In this document: one piece after another, positions 9,288 to 18,689 of the stretch | Layout: every line of letters begins with the position of its first letter | How positions within the stretch are numbered: position 1 is the first letter of the stretch | Assembly (NCBI GenBank): GCA_009779935.1 | Contig: WRAX01000011.1 | Span: forward strand, 539 to 64,538 | Direction: 5' to 3' | DNA from: Defluviitaleaceae bacterium | GTDB lineage: Bacteria > Bacillota > Clostridia > Lachnospirales > WRAX01 | Length of the DNA stretch: 64,000 nucleotides | The notes under the pieces: generated by a model | The model's input: the letters and a program-made list of their open reading frames with translations, nothing else | Told to the model about the DNA's origin: nothing | Database searches by the model: none | Translations under genes and position numbers: made by a program

Positions 9288-9416
9288 AATTACGACTTTG
9301 AAGTGCGTTCGCTATGCCCTTTCGTAAATCCTCCAAGCCTCATCAATTGTAAAAGTAATGCCCATGGCGATTTCCCCTCCCATTCTTATAAATATTTTCT
9401 CCCACTATACACATCC

Positions 9417-10169
9417 TTATGATAGCACCAGCCCAACAGGACAATGGTCACTGCCATGTATATCTGCATAAATCTTAGCTTCTGCAATCCTATCCGCCAA
9501 GCGGGCAGAAACCACAAAGTAATCAATACGCCAACCCGCATTGCGCTCCCTAGCCCGTGAAATCATGGACCACCAAGTGTATACCCCTTCCAAATTAGGA
9601 TAAAGGTGGCGAAAGGTATCTACAAAACCCGCTTCCAATAGGGTGCTAAACTTATTCCGCTCTTCATCAGTAAAGCCGGCACTTTTGTGGTTTGTTTTGG
9701 GGTTTTTAAGGTCAATTTCCTTGTGGGCCACATTTAGGTCGCCGCACAGGATAAGAGGTTTTTTGGCATCTAAGGCCAATAGGTATCCCCTAAACGCATC
9801 CTCCCACTCCATCCGATAGGGCAGGCGCAACAGTTCTCTTTTGGAGTTGGGTGTGTACACATTAACCAAATAAAAATCATCATATTCCAGCGTAATAACA
9901 CGCCCTTCTTTATCATGCTCTTCTATCCCAATGCCGTAAGCAACGGAAATGGGGGGGTTTTTGGCAAAAATTGCTGTACCGCTGTATCCTTTTTTCTCCG
10001 CATCGCAAAAAAACACCTCATAACCGGGAAATTCAAAGGTCAGCTGGCTGTATTGCATCTTAGTTTCTTGCAGGCAAAAAAAGTCCGCATCTTCCGCCTC
10101 AAAAAAGTCCATAAAACCTTTTTTCATGCAGGCTCGCAGGCCATTTACATTCCATGATATAAATTTCAT
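9417..10169 (-). CDS. xth: Exodeoxyribonuclease III
   Basis: [13 protein letters not shown]...QETK...GDLNVAH...SDHCPV are ExoIII/APE motifs. Confidence 0.95.
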   Translation of the reverse strand: MKFISWNVNGLRACMKKGFMDFFEAEDADFFCLQETKMQYSQLTFEFPGYEVFFCDAEKKGYSGTAIFAKNPPISVAYGIGIEEHDKEGRVITLEYDDFYLVNVYTPNSKRELLRLPYRMEWEDAFRGYLLALDAKKPLILCGDLNVAHKEIDLKNPKTNHKSAGFTDEERNKFSTLLEAGFVDTFRHLYPNLEGVYTWWSMISRARERNAGWRIDYFVVSARLADRIAEAKIYADIHGSDHCPVGLVLS

Positions 10170-10283
10170 CTTATCCCCCTATGTTGTTTTAGATTATTTT
10201 ACCACCGGTAAGTATAAAACGCAAGCTTGCATTTATAATTGCAGCGTGTTATAATTTTGTTGCAAGGAAAGGAGGTTTTTTGT

Positions 10284-11561
10284 ATGGTTTGCAAAAAATG
10301 TAGCAGCCCCATGGGAAACCATGACGGGATTTGCAAGGTTTGCGCCACCCCCGTGCGAAAAGGGGGCAAGGTTTGGTCTAAACCCGCAAAAATGGCTGTG
10401 GTGGGCTTTGTACTTGCTGTAAGCGTTGCTTTTGTGGTGCTGTACACACAAGGGTTTATAAGTTTGGATTTTTTGACAAGTAATAATGACAGCAGTATAT
10501 CGGCCCCCGTGGATGACATATCTGATAATGATACGGGCAATAACAAAAATTTAGCAAACCAACCAAACAACGAAGATGATGAGTACGCCCACACGGTACG
10601 GGATCGTGAAGGGCGTTTAGAAATGTTGCAGCATGTATATGAAGTTGTTTTGGAGTATATAGACCAATCCGCCCACATACCTTTTGTATCAGCCGGGGGG
10701 TATTTACAAATTTGGCAGGATTGGACATTAATAACCACCCAATATTTAGTAAACGAAGGTTTTTTGGATGATGAGTTTTTAGAAGAGGAAAAATTTATCT
10801 TCCTGTTGCGGCCTATGGATTTTGCAGGTTTTGATGAGGTGGACATTCCAAGTTCTGCGGAAATGACTTTGTTTGTGGGGCATGAAACAGTAATTGGCAT
10901 TGGCTTATATTCCCGCTACGGCTATCAAGAAATTTTCAGGGAAAATTTGAACCAAATTTTGGCAAGCTACACGCCCGATTTTTGGACAGAAACCATGGAA
11001 CGCCCAAACAGCACCCACCCATTGCACCAACAAGCAACTGCGCTTATTTCCAGTTTGATGAATGGGGCAGATGTGGACATTCGCTACATGGCATTTAATG
11101 ACCATTTTGCCTTCGCAACCGCCTCTGCGGTGGGGGAATCCCATCGCCTGCGTTATTACCTATTTGAAGTGGAAAACGGCAATTTATCCCTTTTGGTACA
11201 TGGTTTTGAAAATGTGCGCCACCCTATTAGAGCTATTAACCAAGCAGCACCCAGCGCAAACTTGCACATTTTACCGCTGACACATACAGGCGCACAGGGG
11301 CTTTTGCCCCCCGATAGCCCTGTTTTTAGCCAAATAATAATCCTTTTGCATAATGAAGGGCATATAACCGATGATACCCAGCCGCTATTTGCCAGCGCAA
11401 CAGAAGATTTTGCCTATATGGTTTTTGCAGGCGGCGGCGTGCTTTTAGTAAACACCCCAATTGGATGGGAATTACAAAATACCGTGGGTTGGCAACAAGC
11501 CGAAGAGCGGATGCGGCAGCTGACAGAAAATCCGCCTTTCTACATAATACGACAAGAGTAG
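10284..11561 (+). CDS. Zinc-ribbon membrane-anchored protein, hypothetical
   Basis: A GGAAAGGAGG RBS precedes the ATG at 10284. The protein opens with MVCKKCSSPM...CKVC, followed by one TM helix. Confidence 0.6.
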   Translation: MVCKKCSSPMGNHDGICKVCATPVRKGGKVWSKPAKMAVVGFVLAVSVAFVVLYTQGFISLDFLTSNNDSSISAPVDDISDNDTGNNKNLANQPNNEDDEYAHTVRDREGRLEMLQHVYEVVLEYIDQSAHIPFVSAGGYLQIWQDWTLITTQYLVNEGFLDDEFLEEEKFIFLLRPMDFAGFDEVDIPSSAEMTLFVGHETVIGIGLYSRYGYQEIFRENLNQILASYTPDFWTETMERPNSTHPLHQQATALISSLMNGADVDIRYMAFNDHFAFATASAVGESHRLRYYLFEVENGNLSLLVHGFENVRHPIRAINQAAPSANLHILPLTHTGAQGLLPPDSPVFSQIIILLHNEGHITDDTQPLFASATEDFAYMVFAGGGVLLVNTPIGWELQNTVGWQQAEERMRQLTENPPFYIIRQE

Positions 11562-11611
11562 GGTAGGGGCAGCACAGGCGATAGCCGACTGACCCCACCT
11601 TATAAGGAGAA

Positions 11612-12043
11612 TTGATGTTATCACTTTCCATATCCGATGTTAAAGGCTTTATGGGTAAACTGTTAAAAGAAGGGATATTTGACAGCTTTGACCTACACAG
11701 CCTATCTATACAAAATTTTGCCTGTTTTGAAATACATAAAATCCCAGCAGAGGCACCGCCTAAATGGCATACAGTGCGCCCCTTTGCCTTTAACTTGGTA
11801 AAGGGCATCGGCGCAACCCCAAAATCCCTTAAAATTATACTTGCAATAGATGGCAACACAATTAATATTGCGGATACATCCCTATTCCTAAACATCCATT
11901 TTGAGGAGGGTAAAATAACCATAACCACAGGCTTTTCCCAAAAAACCTTTTCGCTGGATAAAACCGCCAAAAGTGTTTGGGATAACCATGTTAAAGACTT
12001 TTTAGATAGCAATAAAATGGAATATGTTAATAATTTAGAGTAG
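11612..12043 (+). CDS. Hypothetical protein
   Basis: An ORF with an AAGGAG RBS and no recognised domain. Confidence 0.5.
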   Translation: MMLSLSISDVKGFMGKLLKEGIFDSFDLHSLSIQNFACFEIHKIPAEAPPKWHTVRPFAFNLVKGIGATPKSLKIILAIDGNTINIADTSLFLNIHFEEGKITITTGFSQKTFSLDKTAKSVWDNHVKDFLDSNKMEYVNNLE

Positions 12044-12082
12044 GTCACATTATATTCGTTCCACGTGAAACCAAAATTTTCC

Positions 12083-12165
12083 CCACCATGGATAAACACA
12101 GATACACACGGATCGGTTGTTGTAAAAAGGTTTTATCCGTGCAAGTCCGTGTTCATCCATGGTGG
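12083..12165. repeat. Long imperfect hairpin next to oriC
   Basis: CCACCATGGATAAACAC (12083-12099) pairs with GTGTTCATCCATGGTGG (12149-12165) with one mismatch. An inner pair is CACGGAT/ATCCGTG (12107-12113 and 12135-12141). Confidence 0.7.
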
Positions 12166-12277
12166 GTAAAAGATTTTTATAAGAAGGTATCCCACCTTCT
12201 TTTTATTTCGATTAGCTATTGAAAAACCATCACATATTTGGTATAATAAAAGCGTTAAAAGCTTATATTTTCGGGCT

Positions 12278-12376
12278 TTATCAACATACGTTGTGGATAA
12301 CTTTTTAAGTTTTGCTACAAATCCCTTTAAGTGGATTGTGGATAATGTGGATAACTTTTCCACCTTATGTTGATAA
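12278..12376. promoter_or_regulatory. oriC part 1: DnaA-box cluster upstream of dnaA
   Basis: Perfect TGTGGATAA boxes lie at 12292-12300, 12337-12345 and 12346-12354. One-mismatch boxes lie at 12278-12286 and 12368-12376. Confidence 0.85.
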
Positions 12377-12410
12377 ATATTAATTCAAGTTTTAAGGGGC
12401 GGTTTTACAA

Positions 12411-13793
12411 ATGGTAAATGCTTTTTTGGGCAACAATGCCTTAATAATTAACGACATTAAAAACTATTGGGAGTCTGTGGTGGCTTACCTAGGAAAAGGT
12501 GCGCTAAACCCCGCTGTTTTTTCCTCTTGGATAGCACCCCTTACCCCCCACGACATGGATGAAAACAACTTTATCCTAACCACAAAAAGTGAATATATAA
12601 AATCCACTGTAAACTCCCGATACGCTGATAAGATTGCGGGGGCTTTTCGTGTAGTTCTTGGTAGGGAATATGATGTGCATGTGCTTTTGGAGAGTGAGGT
12701 GCAAAAACCAAAACCAAGGGAAGCGGGTCAGGTAAAGCCCGCTGCCGTTGCTGTAAATACAGCAAATGGCAGTAATTTAATACCAAAATTTATTTTTGAC
12801 AGTTATGTAAAAGGCAAGTGTAACGAATTTGCCTACGCCGCCAGCCTTGCAGTGGCGGACGAGCCCGGCGGAAAATACAACCCACTATATATATATGGGG
12901 ATGTTGGGCTTGGTAAAACCCACCTAATGCACGCCATTGGCAACCACGTGCTTACCTGCAACCCAAATGCAAAAATTTTATACACCACATCAGAAAATTT
13001 GGTAAACGAATTTGTTTACGCCATACGCCATAAAAAGAATGAGGAGTTTAGAGAAAAATACCGCTTAGTAGATGTTTTGCTGGTGGATGACATTCAATTT
13101 CTTTCCGATAAAGATGGTACGCAGGAGGAGTTTTTCCACACCTTCAACGCCCTGCATAATGACAATAAGCAAATAATCCTAACATCAGACAAGCCGCCAA
13201 CCGAACTTAAATCCATCGAAGATCGTTTGCGATCCCGTTTTGGCAGTGGATTATCTGTGGATATTTCTTTACCGGATTTGGAAACCCGCACAGCCATACT
13301 TATGCGAAAAGTGGAAGCAGAACGGTTAAATGTGGACCAGGAAATAATTGAATTAATTGCCAAATACATACAATCCAATATCCGTGAGTTGGAAGGGGCC
13401 TTAAATGCGGTAACCGCCCGCTCCCGTTTAACAGGCACAAAATGCACTGCCGAATTTGCTAAATCAACGCTGGAAGAAATGGTAAAGCAAGAAGAAAGGC
13501 AGGAAGTTAATGTACAATTTATTAAAGAGGTGGTAGCGGGTTATTTTAACATATCCATGGCAGAAATGGACAGTGGCCGCCGCACAGCCGAAATTATTCA
13601 CGCCCGCCACATTGCCATGTACATTTCACGTATGTTAGTGGATAAACCCCTAAAAACCATTGGTAAGGAATTTGGCGGCAGGGATCATTCCACCATAAGC
13701 CATGCTGTGGATAAGATGATTGATAAAATGGATAAGGATAAAAACCTTAAAAAGGAAGTGGATGGGCTATTGAAAAAGATTAGGGATGAGTAG
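12411..13793 (+). CDS. dnaA: Chromosomal replication initiator DnaA
   Basis: Contains the Walker A motif GDVGLGKTHLMHAIG, LLVDDIQFL, and the C-terminal DNA-binding region GGRDHSTISHA. Confidence 0.98.
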   Translation: MVNAFLGNNALIINDIKNYWESVVAYLGKGALNPAVFSSWIAPLTPHDMDENNFILTTKSEYIKSTVNSRYADKIAGAFRVVLGREYDVHVLLESEVQKPKPREAGQVKPAAVAVNTANGSNLIPKFIFDSYVKGKCNEFAYAASLAVADEPGGKYNPLYIYGDVGLGKTHLMHAIGNHVLTCNPNAKILYTTSENLVNEFVYAIRHKKNEEFREKYRLVDVLLVDDIQFLSDKDGTQEEFFHTFNALHNDNKQIILTSDKPPTELKSIEDRLRSRFGSGLSVDISLPDLETRTAILMRKVEAERLNVDQEIIELIAKYIQSNIRELEGALNAVTARSRLTGTKCTAEFAKSTLEEMVKQEERQEVNVQFIKEVVAGYFNISMAEMDSGRRTAEIIHARHIAMYISRMLVDKPLKTIGKEFGGRDHSTISHAVDKMIDKMDKDKNLKKEVDGLLKKIRDE

Positions 13794-13800
13794 AATGTGT

Positions 13801-14040
13801 TTATCAACAATTATAAGCCTGTGAAAAAAGTTGAGGATAATAAACATGAAATTGTTGATTACTGCCAAACCCAAATAGGGTTGTGAAAACTGTGGAAAAA
13901 CACCTGCTTAAATATCACATTTTCCACAAAACTGAACAACCTACAAACCCATGTTTTTTCAACCACACAAAGGTTGTACCCATTTCCACAACCCCTACTG
14001 TTACTACTACTAAAATAATTTTATATAATATATGTTATGC
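13801..14040. promoter_or_regulatory. oriC part 2: degenerate DnaA boxes plus an AT-rich unwinding-type stretch
   Basis: Boxes are TTATCAACA (13801), TGAGGATAA (13832), TGTGGAAAA (13891), TTTTCCACA (13920) and ATTTCCACA (13982). They are followed by TACTACTACTAAAATAATTTTATATAATATATG. Confidence 0.7.
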
Positions 14041-14072
14041 ACAAACAGGTGTTACTGCCGAGGAGGATTTAA

Positions 14073-15182
14073 GTGAAAATTATATGCGCAAAAAACTTAT
14101 TAGCGGACGGTCTCAGTATTGTATCTAAGGTGGCAAGTGCCAAATCCACCATACCTATTTTAGAATGCTGCCTTTTAGTTGTTGACGCAAATGGCCTAAA
14201 ACTAACCGCTAAAGATTCTGAGATGACCATACAAACCAACTTTATTGAAAGTGAAGTTGTGGAAGAAGGCTCCATAGCCCTTGATATCAAAATTTTTACG
14301 GATATTGTAAAGGGCTTACCCGGCCCAACAATCGAAATAACCTGTGATGATAAGTTTTTAACCGTGATAAGATCAGGTAAATCCGAATTCAAAATCCTTG
14401 GTATGAACCCCGAGGAATTTCCTGATATACCTAATGTGCCTAAAAACCAAGCCTACTCACTACCATCAATATCCCTTAAAAACATGATACGCCAAACAGT
14501 TTTTTCTGTATCCACAGACGCAACCAAGCCTGTTTTGTGCGGCCAATTAATGGATATAGCAAACGATACTTTACGGGTTGTATCTGTAGATGGTTTCCGT
14601 ATATCCATGCGCCAAGATAAGGTGGATGGTAGTAGTAGTGACAATTTGAAAATGATTGTGCCCAGCAAAACCATGGGGGAGGTGGGCAAGCTTTTGTCCG
14701 CTGATGGGGATGCTGTTATTAATTTTTATTGTACGGACAAGCATTTGCTTTTTGAATTGGATAGCTGTATTGTTGTATCTAACTTGATAGAAGGGGAATA
14801 TATCAACTATGAAAACATGCTTGCCGGTGAAGTAACAACCCTTATTACCGTTTCCCGTGCGGAGCTTTTGGAAAGTGTGGATAGGGCAACATTAATTTCC
14901 AAAGATACCAAGAAAAACCCTGTAAAGTTCAAAATTTCTGATTCTGTAATGGCAATTACCTCCAATGCAGAGATGGGCACGTCTTATGAAGAGTTAAATG
15001 TGTTGCAAGATGGGCCTGATTTGGAAATTGGCTTTAATCCCAAATATATCACCGATGTTATGCGTGCGTTGGAAGGGGAAAAAATTACTATCTCCTTCTC
15101 ATCCTCTGTTTCCCCTTGTATTATCAGGGTGGAGGATAGTGAGGATTATAAATACCTTGTATTACCGTTGAGATTGCGATAA
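14073..15182 (+). CDS. dnaN: DNA polymerase III beta sliding clamp
   Basis: A GTG start follows a GAGGAGGA RBS. It has typical clamp length and sequence, ending LVLPLRL. Confidence 0.96.
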   Translation: MKIICAKNLLADGLSIVSKVASAKSTIPILECCLLVVDANGLKLTAKDSEMTIQTNFIESEVVEEGSIALDIKIFTDIVKGLPGPTIEITCDDKFLTVIRSGKSEFKILGMNPEEFPDIPNVPKNQAYSLPSISLKNMIRQTVFSVSTDATKPVLCGQLMDIANDTLRVVSVDGFRISMRQDKVDGSSSDNLKMIVPSKTMGEVGKLLSADGDAVINFYCTDKHLLFELDSCIVVSNLIEGEYINYENMLAGEVTTLITVSRAELLESVDRATLISKDTKKNPVKFKISDSVMAITSNAEMGTSYEELNVLQDGPDLEIGFNPKYITDVMRALEGEKITISFSSSVSPCIIRVEDSEDYKYLVLPLRLR

Positions 15183-16268
15183 ATGCAGGTTACACGGGTA
15201 ATCCTAAACAACTTCCGCAATATTGCCGCAGCTGATGTGGTACTTGGGGCGGGCATTAACATTATCCATGGTGATAATGCCCAAGGCAAAACTAATTTTT
15301 TGGAATCGGTTTACCTGTCATCCGTTGGCCGTTCCCATCGTGCGGGGCGGGATAGGGATTTGGTGCGTTTAGGTGAAAAAACCGCCACATCCACAGTTTT
15401 TGTGGATGCCGGCCACGGTACGGACAAAATATCCACAGAAATTGATAAGGATGGCAAAAAAATGTGGGTAAACGGGCTACCTATAAGGCGGCTGGGGGAG
15501 CTTTTCGGGCATATTTTGTGTGTAATTTTTTCGCCGGAGGATTTGTCTTTAATAAAAGCCGGGCCCCAGATACGCCGCCGCTTTATGGATATGGAGCTGT
15601 GCCAGCTGTACCCCACTTATTACCATAATTTGCGCATGTATTATAAAGTGATGAAACAGCGCAATAACCTGCTGCGTGACATCGGCACAAACCCTAAGTT
15701 ATCGGAAACATTGGATGTTTGGGATGAACAGTTAGTGCAGTATGGCAGCCCCATAATTGATGCACGAAAAACTTTTGTGGCTGGGCTGTCCCAAATTGCC
15801 AATGCAAACCAAAACCAAATAACCGGTGGGCGGGAATGTTTAGAAATCACCTACAAAGCTAATGTGGAACAAGGAAACTTTACGGATAAACTAATAAAAC
15901 ACCGCCATCATGATATACAGCGCAAACACACATCCATCGGTATCCATAAAGATGACATGGAATTTCATATAAACCATAAAGATGGCAGATTATACGCTTC
16001 ACAAGGGCAGCAACGCACCGCCGCCCTATCCATAAAATTAGCGGAAATTGAGTTGATTAAAAAAGAGCGGGGCTGTACCCCTATCCTACTTTTAGATGAT
16101 ATATTATCGGAGTTGGATGCAAAACGCCAAAAGTTTTTAATGGAAAAGATTGAAGGTATGCAGTCCATAATCACCTTAACAGGGGCAGAAAGCCATTTTG
16201 AAACATATGCAAACCATACAAACACAACGGTTTTCCATATGGAAAAAGGTTGTGTGCACATTTCATAA
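15183..16268 (+). CDS. recF: DNA replication/repair protein RecF
   Basis: Contains the Walker A motif GDNAQGKTNFLE, the signature SQGQQRT, and LLLDDILSELD. Confidence 0.96.
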   Translation: MQVTRVILNNFRNIAAADVVLGAGINIIHGDNAQGKTNFLESVYLSSVGRSHRAGRDRDLVRLGEKTATSTVFVDAGHGTDKISTEIDKDGKKMWVNGLPIRRLGELFGHILCVIFSPEDLSLIKAGPQIRRRFMDMELCQLYPTYYHNLRMYYKVMKQRNNLLRDIGTNPKLSETLDVWDEQLVQYGSPIIDARKTFVAGLSQIANANQNQITGGRECLEITYKANVEQGNFTDKLIKHRHHDIQRKHTSIGIHKDDMEFHINHKDGRLYASQGQQRTAALSIKLAEIELIKKERGCTPILLLDDILSELDAKRQKFLMEKIEGMQSIITLTGAESHFETYANHTNTTVFHMEKGCVHIS

Positions 16269-16295
16269 AGGCGCATTGTGTATTGCGCCTTTTTT
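16269..16295 (+). terminator. Rho-independent terminator after recF
   Basis: AGGCGCA-TTGTGTAT-TGCGCCT followed by TTTTTT. Confidence 0.75.
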
Positions 16296-16372
16296 AATAC
16301 ATATTTTTCCAAAGCGGTCATAAAATTAACCCAAGATACTAAGACATAGGTTAAACACGAGAGGAGCAAAAC

Positions 16373-17032
16373 ATGAGCTTAAATACAGACCTTAGCGGCA
16401 TCACAAACCGCATAAACCTTTTTGGAAAAATTGAAACCCCACCTACTTTCAGCCACGATGTTTTTGGGGAAGGTTTTTATGGTTTTGACCTATCAGTGCC
16501 CCGCCTAAGTGATGCCAGCGACCTTTTGCCCATTACCATTTCCGGGCGGATTATGGAGGGTAGCCGCTTTGCTGTGGGGCAGCATTTGGGCATAACAGGC
16601 CAAATACGCTCCTACAACAATTACATAGCGGAAGAGGGGCGCAACCGCCTTGTACTTACAGTTTTTGCCAAAGATTATAAGTTTTGTGATGATTTTGGTA
16701 CAGCAAACCCTAATGATGTGCTGCTGGATGGCTTTATCTGCAAGCCGCCCGTGTACCGCACAACCCCATTCGGGCGGGAAATAACTGACCTTTTGTTGGC
16801 TGTTAACCGCTCCTACAACAAGTCGGATTACATACCATGTATAACATGGGGGCGCAATGCCCGTTATGCTTCTAAACTGCTTGTGGGGGATAATGTAAAG
16901 CTTTGGGGGCGGATGCAAAGCAGGATTTATCAAAAAAAAATGGAAGATGATGCAGTGATGGAAAAAACCGCTTTCGAGGTGTCTGTTTCCCGTATGGAAG
17001 TGGTTGACAAGGGGGCATCGGATGAAAATTGA
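16373..17032 (+). CDS. Tandem OB-fold, SSB-like protein
   Basis: The C-terminal half (PCITWGRNARYA...VKLWGRMQSRIYQKK) resembles the SSB OB fold. The N-terminal half repeats the pattern (LGITGQIRSYN). Confidence 0.6.
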   Translation: MSLNTDLSGITNRINLFGKIETPPTFSHDVFGEGFYGFDLSVPRLSDASDLLPITISGRIMEGSRFAVGQHLGITGQIRSYNNYIAEEGRNRLVLTVFAKDYKFCDDFGTANPNDVLLDGFICKPPVYRTTPFGREITDLLLAVNRSYNKSDYIPCITWGRNARYASKLLVGDNVKLWGRMQSRIYQKKMEDDAVMEKTAFEVSVSRMEVVDKGASDEN

Positions 17033-17222
17033 ATACTTTGTGGAGTTGGACGGTAACCAAACGGACTTTAAGATGATAACTGACACAGTAAAGGACATTT
17101 GGAAGGCGGAAGGTAACGCCATAAAGGATTTACGCACCATGGCGGTGTATTTTAAGCCGCAGGATAAAATGTGTTATTATGTGATAAACGGAATTAGCCA
17201 AGGAGGTTTTCAAATTACATAA
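17022..17222 (+). CDS. Small hypothetical protein
   Basis: An ORF (MKIEYFVELDG...) that overlaps the end of the upstream gene and is followed by a terminator. Confidence 0.45.
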   Translation: MKIEYFVELDGNQTDFKMITDTVKDIWKAEGNAIKDLRTMAVYFKPQDKMCYYVINGISQGGFQIT

Positions 17223-17225
17223 AAA

Positions 17226-17250
17226 ACGCCCCTTTGGGCGGTTTTTTCTT
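17226..17250 (+). terminator. Rho-independent terminator
   Basis: ACGCCCCTTTGGGCGG followed by TTTTTTCTTT. Confidence 0.75.
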
Positions 17251-17315
17251 TGCATACAAAAATATGTTGTGTTAGTGGAATGTGATGTGATATAATTAGG
17301 CGGGAGGGGTGTTGT

Positions 17316-17945
17316 GTGGATAAGATTATGGCAAAACTTAATATAAAATCACCTTTGTTGTTTAAGGTTTTATTGGGGGTTGCCGGCCTTGCTGTTTTGG
17401 TGCTTGGTGTGGTCTACATCAGCTTGCAACAAAACGCCCCTGTTTTGCTTATTGCGGATGACGAGCCAGCCATAGATCAAGAATATATGCAGATGGCTTA
17501 TATAACCCCAGCCCCAATCCCTATTGTGGTATATATTAGCGGCCATGTTTACTACCCCGGTGTGTTTGAATTTTATCAGGGGGCAAGGGTGCGGGATGCA
17601 GTGCAGGCGGCAGGCGGCTTAACATCTTATGCCGACCCCAATGCAATAAACCTTGCTGCCACTTTGTTTGATGAGCAACATATTGTAGTTTTTGGGCTGG
17701 ATGACGGAATGCCGCCTTCATCTTCTGCACTTGCAGGGCAAAGCGGCGGCGGTTTAATAAATATAAACCGTGCCACGGCGGAGGAGTTAACAAACCTATC
17801 CGGCATAGGTCCTGCACGGGCGGATGCCATAATAAGGCACAGAGAAGCCCGTGGTGGCTTTGCCGCCATAGAAGAAATTATGAATGTATCAGGTATTGGC
17901 GATAGTATTTTTGAAAATATACGCAACCAAATTCGTGTTGATTAA
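17316..17945 (+). CDS. comEA: Competence protein ComEA (SLBB plus helix-hairpin-helix DNA-binding domains)
   Basis: Has an N-terminal TM helix, an SLBB-like GHVYYPGVFEF segment, and INRATAEELTNLSGIGPARADAII...NVSGIG HhH repeats. Confidence 0.88.
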   Translation: MDKIMAKLNIKSPLLFKVLLGVAGLAVLVLGVVYISLQQNAPVLLIADDEPAIDQEYMQMAYITPAPIPIVVYISGHVYYPGVFEFYQGARVRDAVQAAGGLTSYADPNAINLAATLFDEQHIVVFGLDDGMPPSSSALAGQSGGGLININRATAEELTNLSGIGPARADAIIRHREARGGFAAIEEIMNVSGIGDSIFENIRNQIRVD

Positions 17946-17969
17946 ATAGGCTTAAAGGAGGGGCAAGCC

Positions 17970-18665
17970 GTGGCCACAAGGGTTTTGTTAGTTGATGATG
18001 AAAAGTTAATTGTAAAGGGCATAAAATTTAGCTTGGAGCAGGATGGGATGGATGTTGTGGCCTGCCATGACGGGGAAGAGGCTTTAGAGCTGGCCAAAGC
18101 CCAGCCCTTTGATTTAATTGTGCTGGATATTATGCTGCCCAAAATGGATGGGTTGGAAATTTGCCAGGCAGTACGGGAATTTTCACAAGTGCCCATTATT
18201 ATGCTTTCTGCTAAATCAGAAGATATGGACAAGATTATGGGGCTGGAATATGGTGCGGATGACTATCTAACAAAACCATTTAATATATTAGAGCTAAAGG
18301 CAAGGATGAAGGCCGTACTGCGCCGTGGTGCACGCAAAAAGAAAGAAGTAGCCCAAAACCCTGCCAAAAAGATTTTCCAAGCTAGGGAATTGCGGGTTGA
18401 TGCCAATTCCCGTAGAGTGTTTATGGATGGTAAGGAAGTTAATTTAACTGCCAAAGAATTTGATTTGTTGGAACTTTTAATCGAAAACCCCGATAAGGTG
18501 TATAGCAGAGAAGAGCTTTTAAGCACCGTTTGGGGATATGATTATCCCGGTGATGTGCGCACGGTGGATGTGCATGTGCGCCGCCTGCGGGAGAAAATTG
18601 AGGTTGCCCCCAGCGAGCCTAAGTTTATACACACCAAGTGGGGTGTGGGGTATTACTTTAAGTAG
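17970..18665 (+). CDS. OmpR-family response regulator (YycF-like paralog)
   Basis: Has the receiver acidic pocket LLVDDE and DLIVLDIMLPKMDG, plus a winged-helix C-terminus ending WGVGYYFK. Confidence 0.92.
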   Translation: MATRVLLVDDEKLIVKGIKFSLEQDGMDVVACHDGEEALELAKAQPFDLIVLDIMLPKMDGLEICQAVREFSQVPIIMLSAKSEDMDKIMGLEYGADDYLTKPFNILELKARMKAVLRRGARKKKEVAQNPAKKIFQARELRVDANSRRVFMDGKEVNLTAKEFDLLELLIENPDKVYSREELLSTVWGYDYPGDVRTVDVHVRRLREKIEVAPSEPKFIHTKWGVGYYFK

Positions 18666-18689
18666 AAAGCTAAATAGATTGGAGTTAAT

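Noticed and set aside
9277-9313. I considered whether the 11 bp inverted repeat is an empty copy (two back-to-back ends) of the cassette terminal repeat, since GGGCATAGCGAACGCAC resembles GGGCATAAATAACGCAG.
   Set aside because: The exact identity is limited to the flanking GGGCATA and the 6-mer AACGCA, which is too short to distinguish from chance without more copies.
925-9314. Two in-frame TAG codons, in the recombinase at 925-927 and in the small ORF at 9312-9314, raised the question of TAG reassignment or pyrrolysine-type recoding.
   Set aside because: TAG is the ordinary stop of many well-supported genes in this window, including dnaA, both the first response regulator and its kinase, gerM and the deacetylase. 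No pyl genes are visible. Isolated pseudogenisation or local regulation is a far more likely explanation.
10199-12099. Long antisense ORFs (10199-10900 and 11326-12099 on the minus strand), and many similar ones opposite dnaA, comEC, glgP, the histidine kinases and other genes.
   Set aside because: Each lies opposite a strongly supported gene. They have odd composition (Ser/Cys/Pro/Arg-rich) and no RBS, so they are typical shadow ORFs.
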